Below are positions 27,890 to 42,201 of a DNA stretch of 64,000 bases, piece by piece. The DNA lies in the NCBI GenBank assembly GCA_951406725.2, contig OX597835.1:39928001-39992000 (forward strand), in the 5' to 3' direction. Position 1 is the first letter of the stretch; every line of letters begins with the position of its first letter. This DNA comes from Octopus vulgaris. Lineage: Eukaryota. A model generated the notes under the pieces. The model ran no database searches, was not told the origin of the DNA, and saw nothing but the letters and a program-made list of their open reading frames with translations. The position numbers were made by a program, and so were the translations under genes.

Positions 27890-27960
27890 CATTTCGCCTT
27901 GATTTTCTATATAAATCCCACCGCCAACACACTTTGTAACCTGTCTCCTTAATATCCTCT
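25200..27960. repeat. Low-complexity block: polypyrimidine, (AGT)n, (GAT/GAA)n, (CAC)n, (CA)n-derived, (ATT)n
   Basis: Direct reading. Confidence 0.88.
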
Positions 27961-28020
27961 CTCATCCGTCGCTCTTGTGGTTATAATAAAGAAACGATTA
28001 TTGGTTTTATCGTCATTATG

Positions 28021-28068
<48 letters not shown>

Positions 28069-29752
28069 GCTGTTGTTGTTGTTATATGAGAACAGTCAAC
28101 TGACAGAATCGACAGAGCATCGCACAAAATTGCCTTGCTGTATTTAGCAGCCTACCTTTATGTGTTTTGAGTTCAAATCGTGCAAGTGATTAACTTTCTC
28201 TTTAATCCCCTCTGGGCGGAGCGACAAAATTAAGTACCAGTCATCTACTGGAGTCGATATTTTCGACTATAATCTATAATCTATTTAAAAGTACGCGGCA
28301 AGCTGGCAGAAACGTTAGCGCGCCGGACGAAATGCTGAGCAGTATTTTGTCTGCCGCTACGTTCTGAGTTCAAATTCCGCCGAGGTCGACTTTGCCTTTC
28401 ATCCTTTCGGAGTCGATAAATTAAGTACCAGTTACGCACTTGGGTCGATGTAATCCGTTTGTCTGTCCTTGTTTGTCCCCTCTTTATTTAGCCCCTTGTG
28501 GGTAGTAAAGAAATAGGTTCATACTGCAATGTATATTCCATAGGTTCATACTACAATGCAATGAGTCAGCAAACTAAAAGGGTCACAATCAGAGGTAATA
28601 ATAGTGATAGTAATTTCTAGTTTATTTTCAGTTTTGTAGCACAACATAGTGTTATGGTGAGTGTAAATGGTGACGGTCGAATGGGGTCAGTACAGAAAGA
28701 TACATTCTGATGACTCTCAAAAACTACTGGATCATTCTGAAGCTGTGTTCTGTCGTGGATGCGGGAACAGAGAAATTCAATTGGCAGGGCAACGCAAAGC
28801 AACACAGGCACACAAAGCAACACAGACAACACAACACAAGACAACGAAAGGAAACGTAAGGCAACACAGAGTAACGTGGGGCAACGCGGGGCAACCCCTC
28901 ATGTTGTGTCATTCAATCACCTTCTGAAAGTGAGGAGCAAATAAAGGCTGCAGTGTAGCAGACCATCGCAGAAAGAAAGAACATTAAAGGAAGATAAAGG
29001 AAATTGTTGAGCAAAGCACGAAGAGGATTCCAATGCTACGGAGCACCAAAAGGTCCACAATCGTGTTGGTCAGCAACGTTGTTCTGAGGCTTTCTCTTTG
29101 ATACATAATACTTAATAACAGTAAATGTTTAAACCCAGTTTCAGGGAGAGACCATAAGGTTATGTTCAATGGCGCTCCAGTTGTGACTATCCTGCCTTTT
29201 CTCTATATAAGTTACACCTAAGACAACATTTATCAAAATGTCTGAACCACGGCTTTATTTTATTACGAACCTACTGTAGGTATGCGCCAAAGGCTTGTGG
29301 TTCTGCTTCCCAGGGTAATCCTGGATCTGAGGGGGTTCTCTGATCGGCCCTAGCTGGAGTTCCTCCTATATCCGGAAGACCGCATCATCCACGTGCTCAC
29401 ATACATTGTATCCTATACTCTCTCTTTTACGTGTTTCAGTCATTTGACAGCGGCCATGCTGGAGCACCGCCTTTAATCGAGGAACTCGACCCCGGTACTT
29501 ATTCTTTTGTAAGCCCAGTACTTATTCTATATATAATTTTATCTCATTTAACCGTATCTTCTCTTTCTTTCCCTTCAACTTTTATATAATACCCACCCCC
29601 ACAGAAACTGTAGACTATCCTTGTACTATCCCCCTCATCTGATGCCCTTGTGGCAAATAAATTTTCTTTTTCAATTGAAGCCTTCACAGGCGCATCCTTC
29701 TTTTATTAAGGTAATTATTACTGGGCGAAGGGCTCCTTGGCAGAAACGTTAA

Positions 29753-29989
29753 GGCGGCGAGCTGGCAGAATCGTTAGCACGCCGGGCGAAATGCGTAGCC
29801 GTATTTCGTCTGCCGTTACGTTCTGAGTTCAAATTCCGCTGAGGTCGACTTTGCCTTACATCCTTTCGGGGTCAATAAATTAAGTACCAGTTACGCACTG
29901 GGGTCGATATAATCGACTTAATCCGTTTGTCTGTCCATGTTTGTCCCCTCTGTGTTTAGCCTCTTGTGGGTAATAAAGAAATAGGTATT
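29753..29989 (+). mobile_element. SINE family A, full length
   Basis: GGCGGCGAGCTGGCAGAATCG..GAGTTCAAATTCC..GTAATAAAGAAATAGGTATT. Confidence 0.9.
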
Positions 29990-30575
29990 GCTGCTGTTGT
30001 TGTTGTTGTTGTTGCCTAGCTGCAGCTCAACACTAACTGGGCAGTTCCAGTCGTGACCATTCCATTGAGTCTCTCTCTGCGTCTCTTCCACAGTCCATCT
30101 CTTCCCACTGCTCCGCCGGTCAGCCACTCTTTGAACACAAGTCCGTCGACTCGGTGCCCGTCTAAGAAATTAATTTGAATAAACACAAAACCGAAAAAAG
30201 AATCTCCACCACCACCTCCCACCCACCCCATCTCTTCTTCCATTCTTCATCTCAGCCCCGCTTGTTTTCACCACCGTCTCAATACTAGAATAACAACAAC
30301 ATGAATAAAAATAAGCTGTTATATGGAGGGGAGGTAGAGAGGAGTGAATGGGTTGGTGGAGAAGTGGCTGGAGGTAGATTGGTGGGGGAGAGTTTTAGCC
30401 AATATAACAATGGCAGGCCATTCTACCACCGCACACCCATTCACGCATCATTGAAGCAGTAATTAAGACAGTTAATTGGTGGTGGTGGTGGTGGTGGTGG
30501 TGGTGGTGGTAGAAGTGCTTGTGGTAGTGGTCGTGATGTATGTGTGATATATATATTTATATATATAATTTTATA

Positions 30576-31843
30576 CTGGGTGCGGTGAATAAATTGTCGT
30601 GTAAGTTAGGCAAAAATGAAAATAACCCTGACGTCCCATTTTAACAGATATATTTACCAAAATTACATGAAAATATCTTGAAATACTAAAGAATTAATTT
30701 ATTCAATAAAATCGCCATTGGCTTCGACCACGGACTCCAGACGACTTCGGAATCTCCTGCAACTTTTCTGGACAGGTCTCCTTGTTTAAATCGGTGAATG
30801 CTGCCATAATCCTTGCCTTCAGTTGATCTTTGGTTTTGCAAGGAGTTTTGTTAGTCTCTCACTCAACTACACTCCCACACATAATAACCCAGAGGGTTGC
30901 AGTCTGGGGAGTTAGGTGGCCAGGTGTTAGCGGTGGTGTGCTTTCAGAAATTGTCTGACAGCCATGACTGGGTCCTCCTGCTTGTGTGGCCTGGTGCAAA
31001 GTCCTGTTGCCAATCATAGGGTCTTCCAGCAACTACCCTCTTGACCCAGAGCAGCACTACATCTTCCAGGCACTTGATGTAGGCTTCCGTGTTGAGACTG
31101 AGGTCGTGTGGGAAGATGAATGGAGGCATAACATCACCATCACAAGCGATCAGTCCAAACACCATGATGTTGACTGGATGTTTGATTTTTTTCTCTTTAA
31201 GTACGTTTTGGGGACACGGCAAGTGAACAGTTGTTCTTTGTGTTCACCATCTGATCCTGGCAGAAATTTTTCTCGTCTGAGAAAAATCAAAGCATATTCG
31301 GTTGGAATTTGAGTTTGTTCAAAAGCTTCGTCGTGCGGTCTTTCCTCTTGTCCTTGATGGCTTGGGGTAAAAACTGACCTCCCTCATCTTCTATGAGGAA
31401 CAGCGAATATTTTCATGCACTACCTGCCTAATAAGAAAATCAAACTCTCTCATGTCTCTGGCGATGGACCTAATTTACTTGGAGGGATCGTTGTCAATCA
31501 TGGCCTGAATCTCACTAACACATTCGGGAGTTCTTTTCTTATCAGAACGATCAGAGTGAGTTCTCCGAACTGCCGTATCTTCGTAATCACCATTAGACTT
31601 ATCCAATGCTTTCCAAATCCACTGCACTGTCCTCAGATTGACACCCAAACATTCGAAAATTTTCATATTGGAAATTCCAGCGCGAATGCCAAGCTTCTGG
31701 CAAAGGAAATTGAGTCATGGGGCTGTTTTTCTCACAGACGGTGCCCAACTACAATATTGTGTAGTCGACAAAATCAAAATCAAACAATGTGCATGTGCGA
31801 AATTAAAATTATTAAATGGCGACAATTTACCCATCGCACACTG
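30576..31843 (-). mobile_element. Full-length, decayed DD37D (maT-type) Tc1/mariner transposon, 1.27 kb
   Basis: Imperfect 24-bp TIRs (CAGTGTGCGATGGGTAAATTGTCG / CTGGGTGCGGTGAATAAATTGTCG) flanked by TA. Minus strand has FSDEK (D1) and WQQD followed by 37 residues ending WPPNSPDCNPL; the third Asp is mutated to Gly; several stops and frameshifts. Confidence 0.9.
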
Positions 31844-31871
31844 TATGTTTGTCTGTTTGTGTATATATATC

Positions 31872-31968
<97 letters not shown>

Positions 31969-32066
31969 GTAAGGGGGATCAGCCATCTGAATGTGGCTAG
32001 GGACAAGGCGGGGTGGTGGGGGTGTTGTCGAGCAGTTACTGTTTATATCTCGTTCAGAGATTTATT

Positions 32067-32105
<39 letters not shown>

Positions 32106-32445
32106 CTATGTAACCTTTATATAATTAAGGTACCCTCGGCCTGATTAGTAGCTAGTTGAGTACCCCTCGTTGAGTAATTATTACATCAGGAGACTTACTC
32201 ACTAGAAAACATAAGTAGCCTCAATTTTACTTGTTCCACTCTCTCAAACTGGATTTTCATTCGCATTCATAGCAACTCTTGTTGCTAACTGTGAGTTATT
32301 TAAAACTTTTGGGGTTTATCGAACTTCGATATGGGAGAAGTCAGTAAATTATTATTGTTCCTGAAAGTTGTTTATATCTACCACAGACTGCTCGAAGCTT
32401 ACAAACTTCCTACATTCAGATCCTTGGATCTAACAATTACTTACA

Positions 32446-32522
<77 letters not shown>

Positions 32523-34224
32523 ATCTATGTATGTATGCATGCATCTATGTATGCATGCATGTATGTATGTATATATGCATGCAATTAGGTATGTGCATGT
32601 GTGTGTGTCTTTTAGTCTGTGACCCCCACTACCGCTTGACAACCGGCGTTAGAGTGTTTACATCCCTGTAACTTAGCAGTTCGGCAAAAGACTCCTAAGG
32701 TAGATTCATTTCACTAAAAATTCTTCAAGGCGGTGCTCCAGGAAGGCTGCAGTCTAATGACTTAAACCAGTACTATATAAAAAAATAAAGAATTGATACA
32801 TAAACATAAAAAAAATTAATCCACAGTAATTAAGAACTCAATTAATTCCAGCACGTTATTCTATTGCAGTAAATCTAAGCGAGACCGACTTGCATGTATA
32901 TTAATTAATGATATTAAGTTAATTAATTAGGTATCACAATTATGTAATTATATATTTAATGACGTTTATCGTAACGAAACAGCTGTTAAGCAGAATTAAA
33001 GTTTGGACGGTATGTTAAATTTGAGCTTTCCTACAGAATAAATTAAATTCTAGATATCTGTTCGGAGATGAGAGGGATTATGTTCTCCTGATAAGACCAA
33101 AGCGAGGCCAACACCTCTCCATTGCTTTGCCTTATCTCTGAAATTTTTAGTTAGTAATTTTTCCTAACCATGTTACTTCAACTGTAAAATTTTTAACGCC
33201 TTGTTATAACCCCCTCCCTTTTCTTTGACTCTTGCTAACAATTATCGTAAGTCTTTTGGCTTTTATTTTCCGCTCGTTAGAGAAATTTTAATAAATTAAT
33301 AATTCATCGTGTATAATGTTCAATACATTCCGATAAACTTCACACATACATACATTGCATACATACACACAAACATACATTACATACATAAATACATAGA
33401 TACAATTATACATACACACACACGTATATATGCGTGTATATAGGCATATATATATATAGATATAAATATGTATGTATATATTCAAGTATGCATGTACGCA
33501 CGTATATATGTATGTCTGTTTCTATGTATTTATGTATGCATGTATGTATGTATGTATGTATGTATGTATGTATGTATGTATGTATGTATGTATGTATGTA
33601 TGTATGTATGTATATGTATGTTTATGTATGTATGTATATATGTTTGTATGTATGTGTGTATGTATGTATGTATGTATGTATGTATGAATTAACTTTCACA
33701 AAGAAAGGAATATCGGTTGACAGTTCCTTCAGTTCCAGATTGTTCGCCTCCCGAAGGCGAGTTGACAGAAACGTCGAAGTCACTATCCACCTTTTCATCG
33801 TAAAAGTTAATAACTATGTATTCTGCTGAAAAGTACGTAAAAAGTATTGGATACCTATTCAGTTTAATGTTATTATATATAACTTGACAAATACAAACGC
33901 AAATATATGTGAGTACGCGTGTTACGTTTTTACTCCGTTTAAATTGGTTCAATCAAAATTTATTATTTCCATTTGCGGTGGCCAATGCAAAAGGCGGAGT
34001 ATTTTATATGTTTTTTTTCTTTTTATTTAAGATTTTGAATTATTATTGGTTCAACTCCTGGTCCTTCTCAGATGCAGCGGAATACAACCAGTTGTCGAAA
34101 CGATCGTAGCACAAGCCATTATATATAACATATACATGTGTGCGTGTGTGTGTGTGCATACACATATATATATTATAGGTGGATCCAGGCATGGCTATGT
34201 CCAGGTCATGGTTAAAAATCTTAT

Positions 34225-34317
34225 TTAAAATTTTACCTGATGGCGTTGGATTATAATATGATGTAATCCTTTACGAAAGCATTAAAAAAATTCTACCGAA
34301 ACAGTTGTAAATTTTAA
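34225..34317 (+). ncRNA. Degenerate hammerhead with a long helix II
   Basis: TTAAAATTTTAC-CTGATGG-C-GTTGGATT...AATTCTACC-GAAA-CAG-TT-GTAAATTTTAA; 11-bp helix I with one bulge, core A9>G. Confidence 0.5.
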
Positions 34318-34355
34318 ATGCTATTTGTATTACTTAATAGATAGAATAGAATAGA

Positions 34356-34442
<87 letters not shown>

Positions 34443-34465
34443 TGTTTACATATATATATGTACGC

Positions 34466-34510
<45 letters not shown>

Positions 34511-34735
34511 CAATTTCTTGTTTCAGTCATTTTGACTGTGGCCATGGTCGAGCACCGCCTTTTAGTCGAACAAATCAATCCCCAGTCTTATTCTTTGTAA
34601 GCCTGGTATTTATTCTATCGGCCTCTTTTGCCGAACCGCTAAGTTATGGGGGCATAATCGCACCAGCATCGATTGTCAAGTGATGGTGGTGGTGGGGGGG
34701 ACAAACACAGAAGCAAAAACACAAATATATACGTA

Positions 34736-34776
<41 letters not shown>

Positions 34777-35185
34777 GACTGGTTTTTTTCAATATATACG
34801 TAATTATAACAAGATATTGGATGTACGCCTCACCGCGCACTGTAAAAATAGACGCCAAAAAGACACTATTACCACCTTAAAATCTCCGAGAAATAACACA
34901 CTACATTGTAGGCGAGCAAAAAAGGATGGTGAATCAAAACTTTAGTTAACCGTGTACAAGATCCTGTTTCCAGCTTAAAGTAGAAAAATATTACCGACTG
35001 CTATCATCAGTAACAGTATCCATCCATCAAATATCCATCCACACTTGTAGAAATATACTGCAAAGCAGAATTCACATCTTTCATTTATACCCACGTGTAG
35101 TGTGTCAAGACCTAGTCTGCAGTTAATACAGTTTCTATCAAGGAGTAAATTTTTCAAATATTAATTATAATATATATATATATAT

Positions 35186-35556
35186 CTTTTACTCTTTTAC
35201 TTGTTTCAGTCATTTGACTGCGGCCATGCTGGTGCACCGCCTTTAGTCGAGCAAGTCGACGCCGGAACTTATTCTTTGTAAGCCTAGTACTTATTCTATC
35301 GGTCTCTCTTGCCGAACCGCTAAGTTACGGGGACATAAACACACCAGCATCGGTTGTCAAGCAATGCTAGGGGAAGAACACAGACACACAAACATACACA
35401 CGCATATATATACATATATACGGCAGGCTTCTTTCAGTTTCCGTCTACCAAATCCACTCGCAAGGCTTTGGTCGTGGCCAAGATGTCACGCAGTGGGACT
35501 GAACCTGGAACAATCTGGTTGGTAAGCAAGCTACTTAACACGCAGCCACTCCTGCG

Positions 35557-35558
<2 letters not shown>
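35186..35558 (-). mobile_element. SINE family B
   Basis: Family sequence. Confidence 0.88.
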
Positions 35559-35613
<55 letters not shown>

Positions 35614-36172
35614 GTATGTACAGTATTAACACTGACAATTGTTATCGCTGTTGTATAATTCACAGTCAAGTTTGATTCACCAGTCAGCTGATCAAAAGCA
35701 TTCCACCCGTGGCGATTCCATCAGCCTAGCTAGCGGCTCTCTAGAACTACGTTACTAAATGTGTACTTCCTTTTTTTTTTTTCTTTTTATAGACGATTGG
35801 TTATCTTTGAAAGGAGATTTGGTTGCTATTTCTAGCCGGTCATTTGGTAATTGCATTGATAGTGTTGTTGATGGCGACGGTACGGATAATTGAACAGATT
35901 TTGTAGTAGTAGTAGTAGTAGTAGTAGTCGTAGTTGTTGTTGTTGTTGTATTGTATCTATTATTTGTGCTGCTCCAAGTTTTATTGCTGTTATTATTACT
36001 GCCGTTGTCATTTATATTGATTGATTGGCAATTAGATGGCTTAATGATATTATCAATTACCATCATCATCACGGTCGTCGTCATCATCATCATCACCACT
36101 TTCAGCATCATCATCATCATCCGGCATTATTTTAAACATGACTGTTATATATATATGTAAGTATGTATCTAG

Positions 36173-36238
<66 letters not shown>

Positions 36239-36309
36239 TTCTTCTTCCCCTCCTTCACTTCCTCCTCTGCTTCATCATCATCATCATCACAATAATAATA
36301 ATGATAATA

Positions 36310-36890
36310 ATCCTTTCTACTATAGGTACAAGGCCTGAAATTTGGTAGGAGGTGAGGGGCCCAGTCGATTAGATCGATCTCAGTACGCAACTGGTACTTA
36401 ATTTATCGACCCCGAAAGGGACGAAAGGCAAAGTCGACCTCGGCAGAATTTGAACTCTGAACATAAAGACAGACGAAATTTCTTTACTACCCACAAGGGG
36501 CTAAACACAGAGGGGACAAACAAAGACAGACAAACGGATTAAGTCGATTATATCGACCTCTGTGCGTAACTGGTACTTATTTAATCAACCCCGAAAGGAT
36601 GAAAGCAAAGTCAACCTCGGTAGAATTTGAACTCGGAACGTAGCGGCGGACGGAATACCTATTTCTTTACTACCCACAAGGGGCTAAACACAGAGGGGAC
36701 GAACAAAGACAGACAAACGGATTAAGTCGATTATATCGACCCCTGTGCGTAACTGGTACTTAATTTATCGACCCCGAAAGGATGAAAGGCAAAGTCGACC
36801 TCGGCGGAATTTGAACTCAGAACGTAAAGACAGACGAAATGCCGCTAAGCATTTCGCCCGGCGTGCTAACGGTTCTGCCAGCTCGCCGCC
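36310..36890 (-). mobile_element. SINE family A trimer
   Basis: One head plus three ~180-bp body units; the last unit has an alternative tail. Confidence 0.87.
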
Positions 36891-36999
36891 TTCATAATAA
36901 TGATGAAGATGATAATGATGATGATGATATTATTGTTATTGTAATGTGACCCTCATCTGATGCCCCTGTGGCTAATAAAATAAATCATTACTGCCATTA

Positions 37000-37041
<42 letters not shown>

Positions 37042-37259
37042 GGCTATTATTATTTACATATTCTAATAAACCGTTTCTAATAGTAGTAGTAGTAGTAGTG
37101 GCTACTGTTACTATAAATACCACCACCAGCACCACCCCTTCTCACCGTCTACCACCCCACCCCGCCCTGCTCCCACCGCAACCGTTTTATTGCCGTAATT
37201 AAAGACACAAAGGTGTTGTTGCAACAATCGTTGTGCACTGGAGTGCAAAGCAATCACAA

Positions 37260-39000
37260 TTCCCCCCCTCACCACCACCCCTACCACTATCACCCACTAC
37301 CACCACCGCCACCACTACCACCACTACTACTACTACTACCACCACCACCACCATCACCACCACCACCACTACTACTACTACTGCTACCGACACAACCACC
37401 ATCACCACCGCCATCACCACCACCACCACCATTACCATCGCCGTCATCATCATCCCCCACCACCACCATCACCACCACCACCACCACCACCACCATCATC
37501 ATCATCACCACCACCACCACCACCATTACCAACACCACCAACATCAGTCACCACCACCTCTATCACCACCACCACTCCCACCATCATCATCATCATCATC
37601 ATCACGACTGCACCACCACCAGCACCAACACACCATCATCATCATCATCACCTCCACCACCACCACACCACCACCATCATCATCATCATCACCACCACCA
37701 CCACCACCACCAACACCACCAACATCAGTCACCACCACCTCTATCACCACCACCACTCCCACCATCATCATCATCATCATCATCACGACTGCACCACCAC
37801 CAGCACCACCACACCATCATCATCATCATCACCTCCACCACCACCACACCACCACCACCATCATCATCATCACCCACCACACCACCATCATCATCATCAT
37901 CATCACCACCACCACCACCACCACAGCGCCAATCATCATATGAACACATGAAAAATAATTCCTAACCACTACCACATCAACCATCACAACCACTACCACA
38001 CTACTACCACCTCTACAATAATCACCAACTAATGAAGGAGTCTGTAGGGGGGAGGGTCATTCTATGTGCTAATAATAGCTGCGAAATCTATGTCAACTCA
38101 TAAACTGTCGTGATAGAAAGAGACAAGTTGGATAATGTAATCATAGCTTAGTTACACATTGGGAAAAAGACGAGTTGGTCGTGCTTGGAGTGTCTATATT
38201 TCTAGAATTGCTCGATTAGGGTTGACCTGGGACTGAACAAGTACCATTACCACCACTATCAACACCAACACTACCACCACTAACACCACCACCATAACCC
38301 ATACCACTACTACCACCACCACTACCACCACCACCATCACTACCAACACTAACACCACCACCACTACTGCCACCACTATCACCAACAGCACCAACACCAC
38401 TACTACCACCTACACTAACAAAACCACCACCACCACTACCACCTCCTCCACACCATTGCCACTATCACCACCACTACCACCACCAACACCATTACCAACA
38501 CTAACACCACCACCAACACCACCAACACCACCAACACCACTACTACCACCTACACTAACAAAACCACCACCACCACTACCACCTCCTCCACACCACTGCC
38601 ACTACCACCACCACCACAACCACATTTACATCTATATTAAGGACAGCTTCAACTGCCTCAGTGACTACAACCGAAACATCCACATGACAGCCTCCTCATC
38701 ACCACCTCATTTACTGCAACCACAACCATCACCAAAACCATCTCCGGATGGATCACCACAACGCCATCTATCATATTTACATCAGCACAACCACAACCGT
38801 GACCACCACCTTCTAATCGCCATCATAAACCACCACGACCACCAGCCCAACCCCCGCTACGTACCCATCGCTATATTCACATCACCCTAACACCACCACC
38901 ACCACTACTAGCCACCAACACCATCACTACCACCACCACACCATCACCACCACAAACTACCACCACCACTAATAACAACAACAACAACTAAAACAACAAC
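37260..39000. repeat. (CAC/CAT)n mosaic with an internal ~180-bp duplication (37536 vs 37717)
   Basis: Direct reading; CACCAACATCAGTCACCACCACCTCTATC..ACGACTGCACC occurs twice. Confidence 0.88.
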
Positions 39001-39339
39001 AACACGTAACAATGGCAATACTATTAATGTGCAATGGACGACAAAGTTTGATAGTGTTGTAAGCGACATTAGATCAGGACGTGTCTTTCTGTCCAGTTAA
39101 GCATGACAACCCAACCAACCATGTCTTCCCAGAGTGCAACTGTCACTGAACGTCTACTGCTACTACTGCTACGGCTGCTATTGCTCTTATCTGTCTGTCT
39201 GTCTGTCGGTTTTTTTTTTTTGTCTCTTCTGTTCAATAAATGTCCACCAAGCTAGCCAATGAGGCAGGCTTTTACGTGGTCGCTGACCGTGTAGAAATAG
39301 CAACTAAAACATCTTCAGCTCACAACATGCCAATTACTG

Positions 39340-39555
39340 TTTTACTTGTTTCAGTCATGTGACCGTGATCATGCTGGAGCACCGCCTTTAGTCGAGCAAA
39401 TCGACCCCAAGACTTATTCTTCGTAAGCCTAGTACTTATTTTATCGGCTTCTTTTTGCCGAACCGCTAAGTTACGGGGACGTAAACACACCAGCATCGGT
39501 TGTCAAGCGATGTTGGGGGGGACAAACACAGACAAACACGCACACACACACACAC

Positions 39556-39624
<69 letters not shown>

Positions 39625-39787
39625 CGACGGGCTTCTTTCAGTTTCCGTCTACCAAATCCACTCACAAGGCTTTGGTCAGCCCGAGGCTATAGTAGAAGAC
39701 ACTTACCCAAGGTGCCACGCAGTGGGACTGAACCCGGAACCATGTGGTTCGTAAGCAAGCTACTTACCACACAGCCACTCCTACGCC
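39340..39787 (-). mobile_element. SINE family B, full length
   Basis: Family sequence. Confidence 0.9.
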
Positions 39788-39996
39788 TATACCATTGTTT
39801 AAGAAAAAGGAATAGAAATAATAGAAAGTACGTTAGATATTACAGGTATAGCACCATATTTCCCGACATTGATAATTCGGAATCTCGTATAATCCGGATT
39901 AATTTACGAGCAGGAACTTCAAATTCCTGCAGCCAACAGAATAGTTTACGAGTATTTTACTCAAAACGGTATTACTGAACTAGTATTATTTATACT

Positions 39997-40224
39997 GTGG
40001 AGACGCGTGGCTTAGTGGTTAGGGTGTCAGCATCATGATCGTAAGATTGCGGTTTCGATTCCTGGACCGAGCGACGCGTTGTGTTCTTGAGCAGTCCACT
40101 CAGCTGGCAAAGATGAGTAAACCTGTGAGTAACAGGCGTCCCATCCAGCTGGGGAACATATACGCCATTGAAACCGGGAAACCGGGCCCATGGGCCCGGC
40201 TAGGCTTTAAAAGGGTGCATTTAT
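39997..40224 (+). mobile_element. SINE family C
   Basis: GTGGCTTAGTGG A box and GGTTTCGATTCC B box; homologous to 17335-17590. Confidence 0.85.
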
Positions 40225-40406
40225 TACTTAATTGGCCTGCCTCATTGGCTAGCTTGGTGGACATTTATTGAACAGGAAAAAAACGACAGACAGACAGATA
40301 ACAGCAAGTGTGGCTGTGTTGTTGGAAGTTTGCTTCCCAACTACATGGTTCCGGGTTCGGTCCCACTGCGTGGTACCTTGGGCAAGTGTCTTCTACTGTT
40401 GTAGAA

Positions 40407-40559
40407 CCTGTTCCTATCCTTTTCACTACCAAGGATCCCTTTTATTTCACTACCAAGGACCCCTTCTCCACGGACCCCAGAATATTGAAAAGTCTGTCAG
40501 CTTAACATGTTCTCGGATCCCCAGTACTACCTTTGCGGACCACAGGTTGGGAGCCACTG
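40407..40559. mobile_element. Probable hAT (Charlie-like) MITE inserted in a SINE B (40307-40845)
   Basis: Right end GGTTGGGAGCCACTG; interrupts SINE B between CTTCTACT and ATAGCC; left TIR degenerate. Confidence 0.5.
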
Positions 40560-40910
40560 TTCTATAGCCCCGGGCCGACTAAAGCCTTCTGAGTGGATTT
40601 GGTAGACGGAAACTGAAAAAAAAAAACCGTCGTGTATGTGTGTGTGTATCCCACCACTGCTTAAGAGCCAGTGTTTGTTTGTTTACTTTTCTATTAATTT
40701 AGCGGTTCGGCCAAGAGGGACCGATAGAAGAAGTACCAGTGTTAAAAAAAGTATTGGGGGTCGATTCATGCGACTAAAAATTCTTCAAGGCGGTGCCCCA
40801 GCATGACCGCAGTCTGATGATTGGAACAGGTGAAAAATAAAAGATAACATACAGATACCTGTATTTCATTTATTCAAGTAATTTTCATATTTGTTCTATT
40901 ATCATTATGA

Positions 40911-41019
<109 letters not shown>

Positions 41020-41558
41020 TGAGAGAGAGAGAGCAGTGCATGCCATCAAAGTGACACTGGGGTACAATATAAGAAGCCCAGTATACCCATCGTAACTACC
41101 TGTCTGATAAGGGTACACCAGCCACATGCATCGCAAACATATGTGCGCAACACGGTGATCTCATATCAAGATTAACAGCACATGACTTTGCAGGTGAGGC
41201 CTAGTTAGAATTTTCTTCTGGTCGAGTAACCCATCCCACTCCAAAAGTCCCTGAATAAGGGTTGTTTAAGGATGTTGAACGAAGCTCCCATGCTTCCAGA
41301 GGTGAATTATTCAAACTCCAAAGAATCCCTCTCAACACATGGCTATGATGCTCCCCCACTACTTCTGCTCATGATCAGAGATGCACATATTGTCAGCCAC
41401 TAAGGGACATGCTCAACTGGTTAAGGTCAAACAACTGACAAGCAAATCTGTGGTATTGAGCAGAATATTTGCTGTAGCCCATCTTTTATACCAAGACAAA
41501 ACAATGTATACATGATATCACTTCCAATCAGTTAAGATCAGCAGCCATGAGAGCCATA
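41020..41558 (-). mobile_element. Probable non-coding retroposon 3' segment with a (TAA)n tail
   Basis: Complex 540-bp segment bounded by a long (ATT)n (40905-41018) and a short (ATT)n (41559-41570); no ORF recognised. Confidence 0.45.
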
Positions 41559-42201
41559 TTATTATTATTGTTGTTGTTATTAAGATGGTGAGCTGACAGA
41601 ACCGTAGTGCACCGGGCAAAGTAACTTAGCGGCATTTCGTCCGTCCTTACGTTCTGAGTTCAAATTCCGCCGAAGTTGAATTTGCTTTACATCTCTTTCG
41701 GGGTCGATAAAATAAGTAGCAATTACGCACTGGGGTTGATGTAATCGGCTTACCCCCTCCACCCCTCCACTCAACTTGCTAACCTTGTGCGAAAATTTGA
41801 AACCAATATTTGATAAATTTAGAGGTGACCCCACCCCGGTCCGGAAAAATCAATAATCCGAAGGTTCCAGATAATCGATGTGATACCTGTACTTTGACGA
41901 GGCAAAGGAAAGAAAAAAAATTATGACTGGTCACAGCTGTAATATTTTCCATTATAATCTTTAGAAAGGCGGCGAACTCGCAGAATTGTCGGCACGCCGG
42001 GCAAAATGCTGAGCGGCATTTTGTCTGTCTTATACGCTCTGAGATCAAATTCTGCTGAGGTCGACTTTACCTTTGATTCTTTCAGGGTCAATAAATCAAG
42101 TACCAGTGAAACACTGAGGTCGATGTAATCGACTTGTTCCCTTCCGCTAAATTTCATGTTTCATGCCTATAGTAGAAAAGATTATTATTGTTATTAATCA
42201 A

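Noticed and set aside
37213-37965. Long Pro/His/Thr/Gly-rich ORFs (also 3025-3797, 10915-11939, 25858-26993, 53846-54459) resembling extensins or mucins
   Set aside because: Trinucleotide mosaics open on both strands, with no domain or convincing splice context; several run into SINE sequence.
39997-40075. tRNA-like sequences with A and B boxes
   Set aside because: They continue into SINE bodies, recur as diverged copies and lack a complete cloverleaf; these are SINE heads, not tRNA genes.
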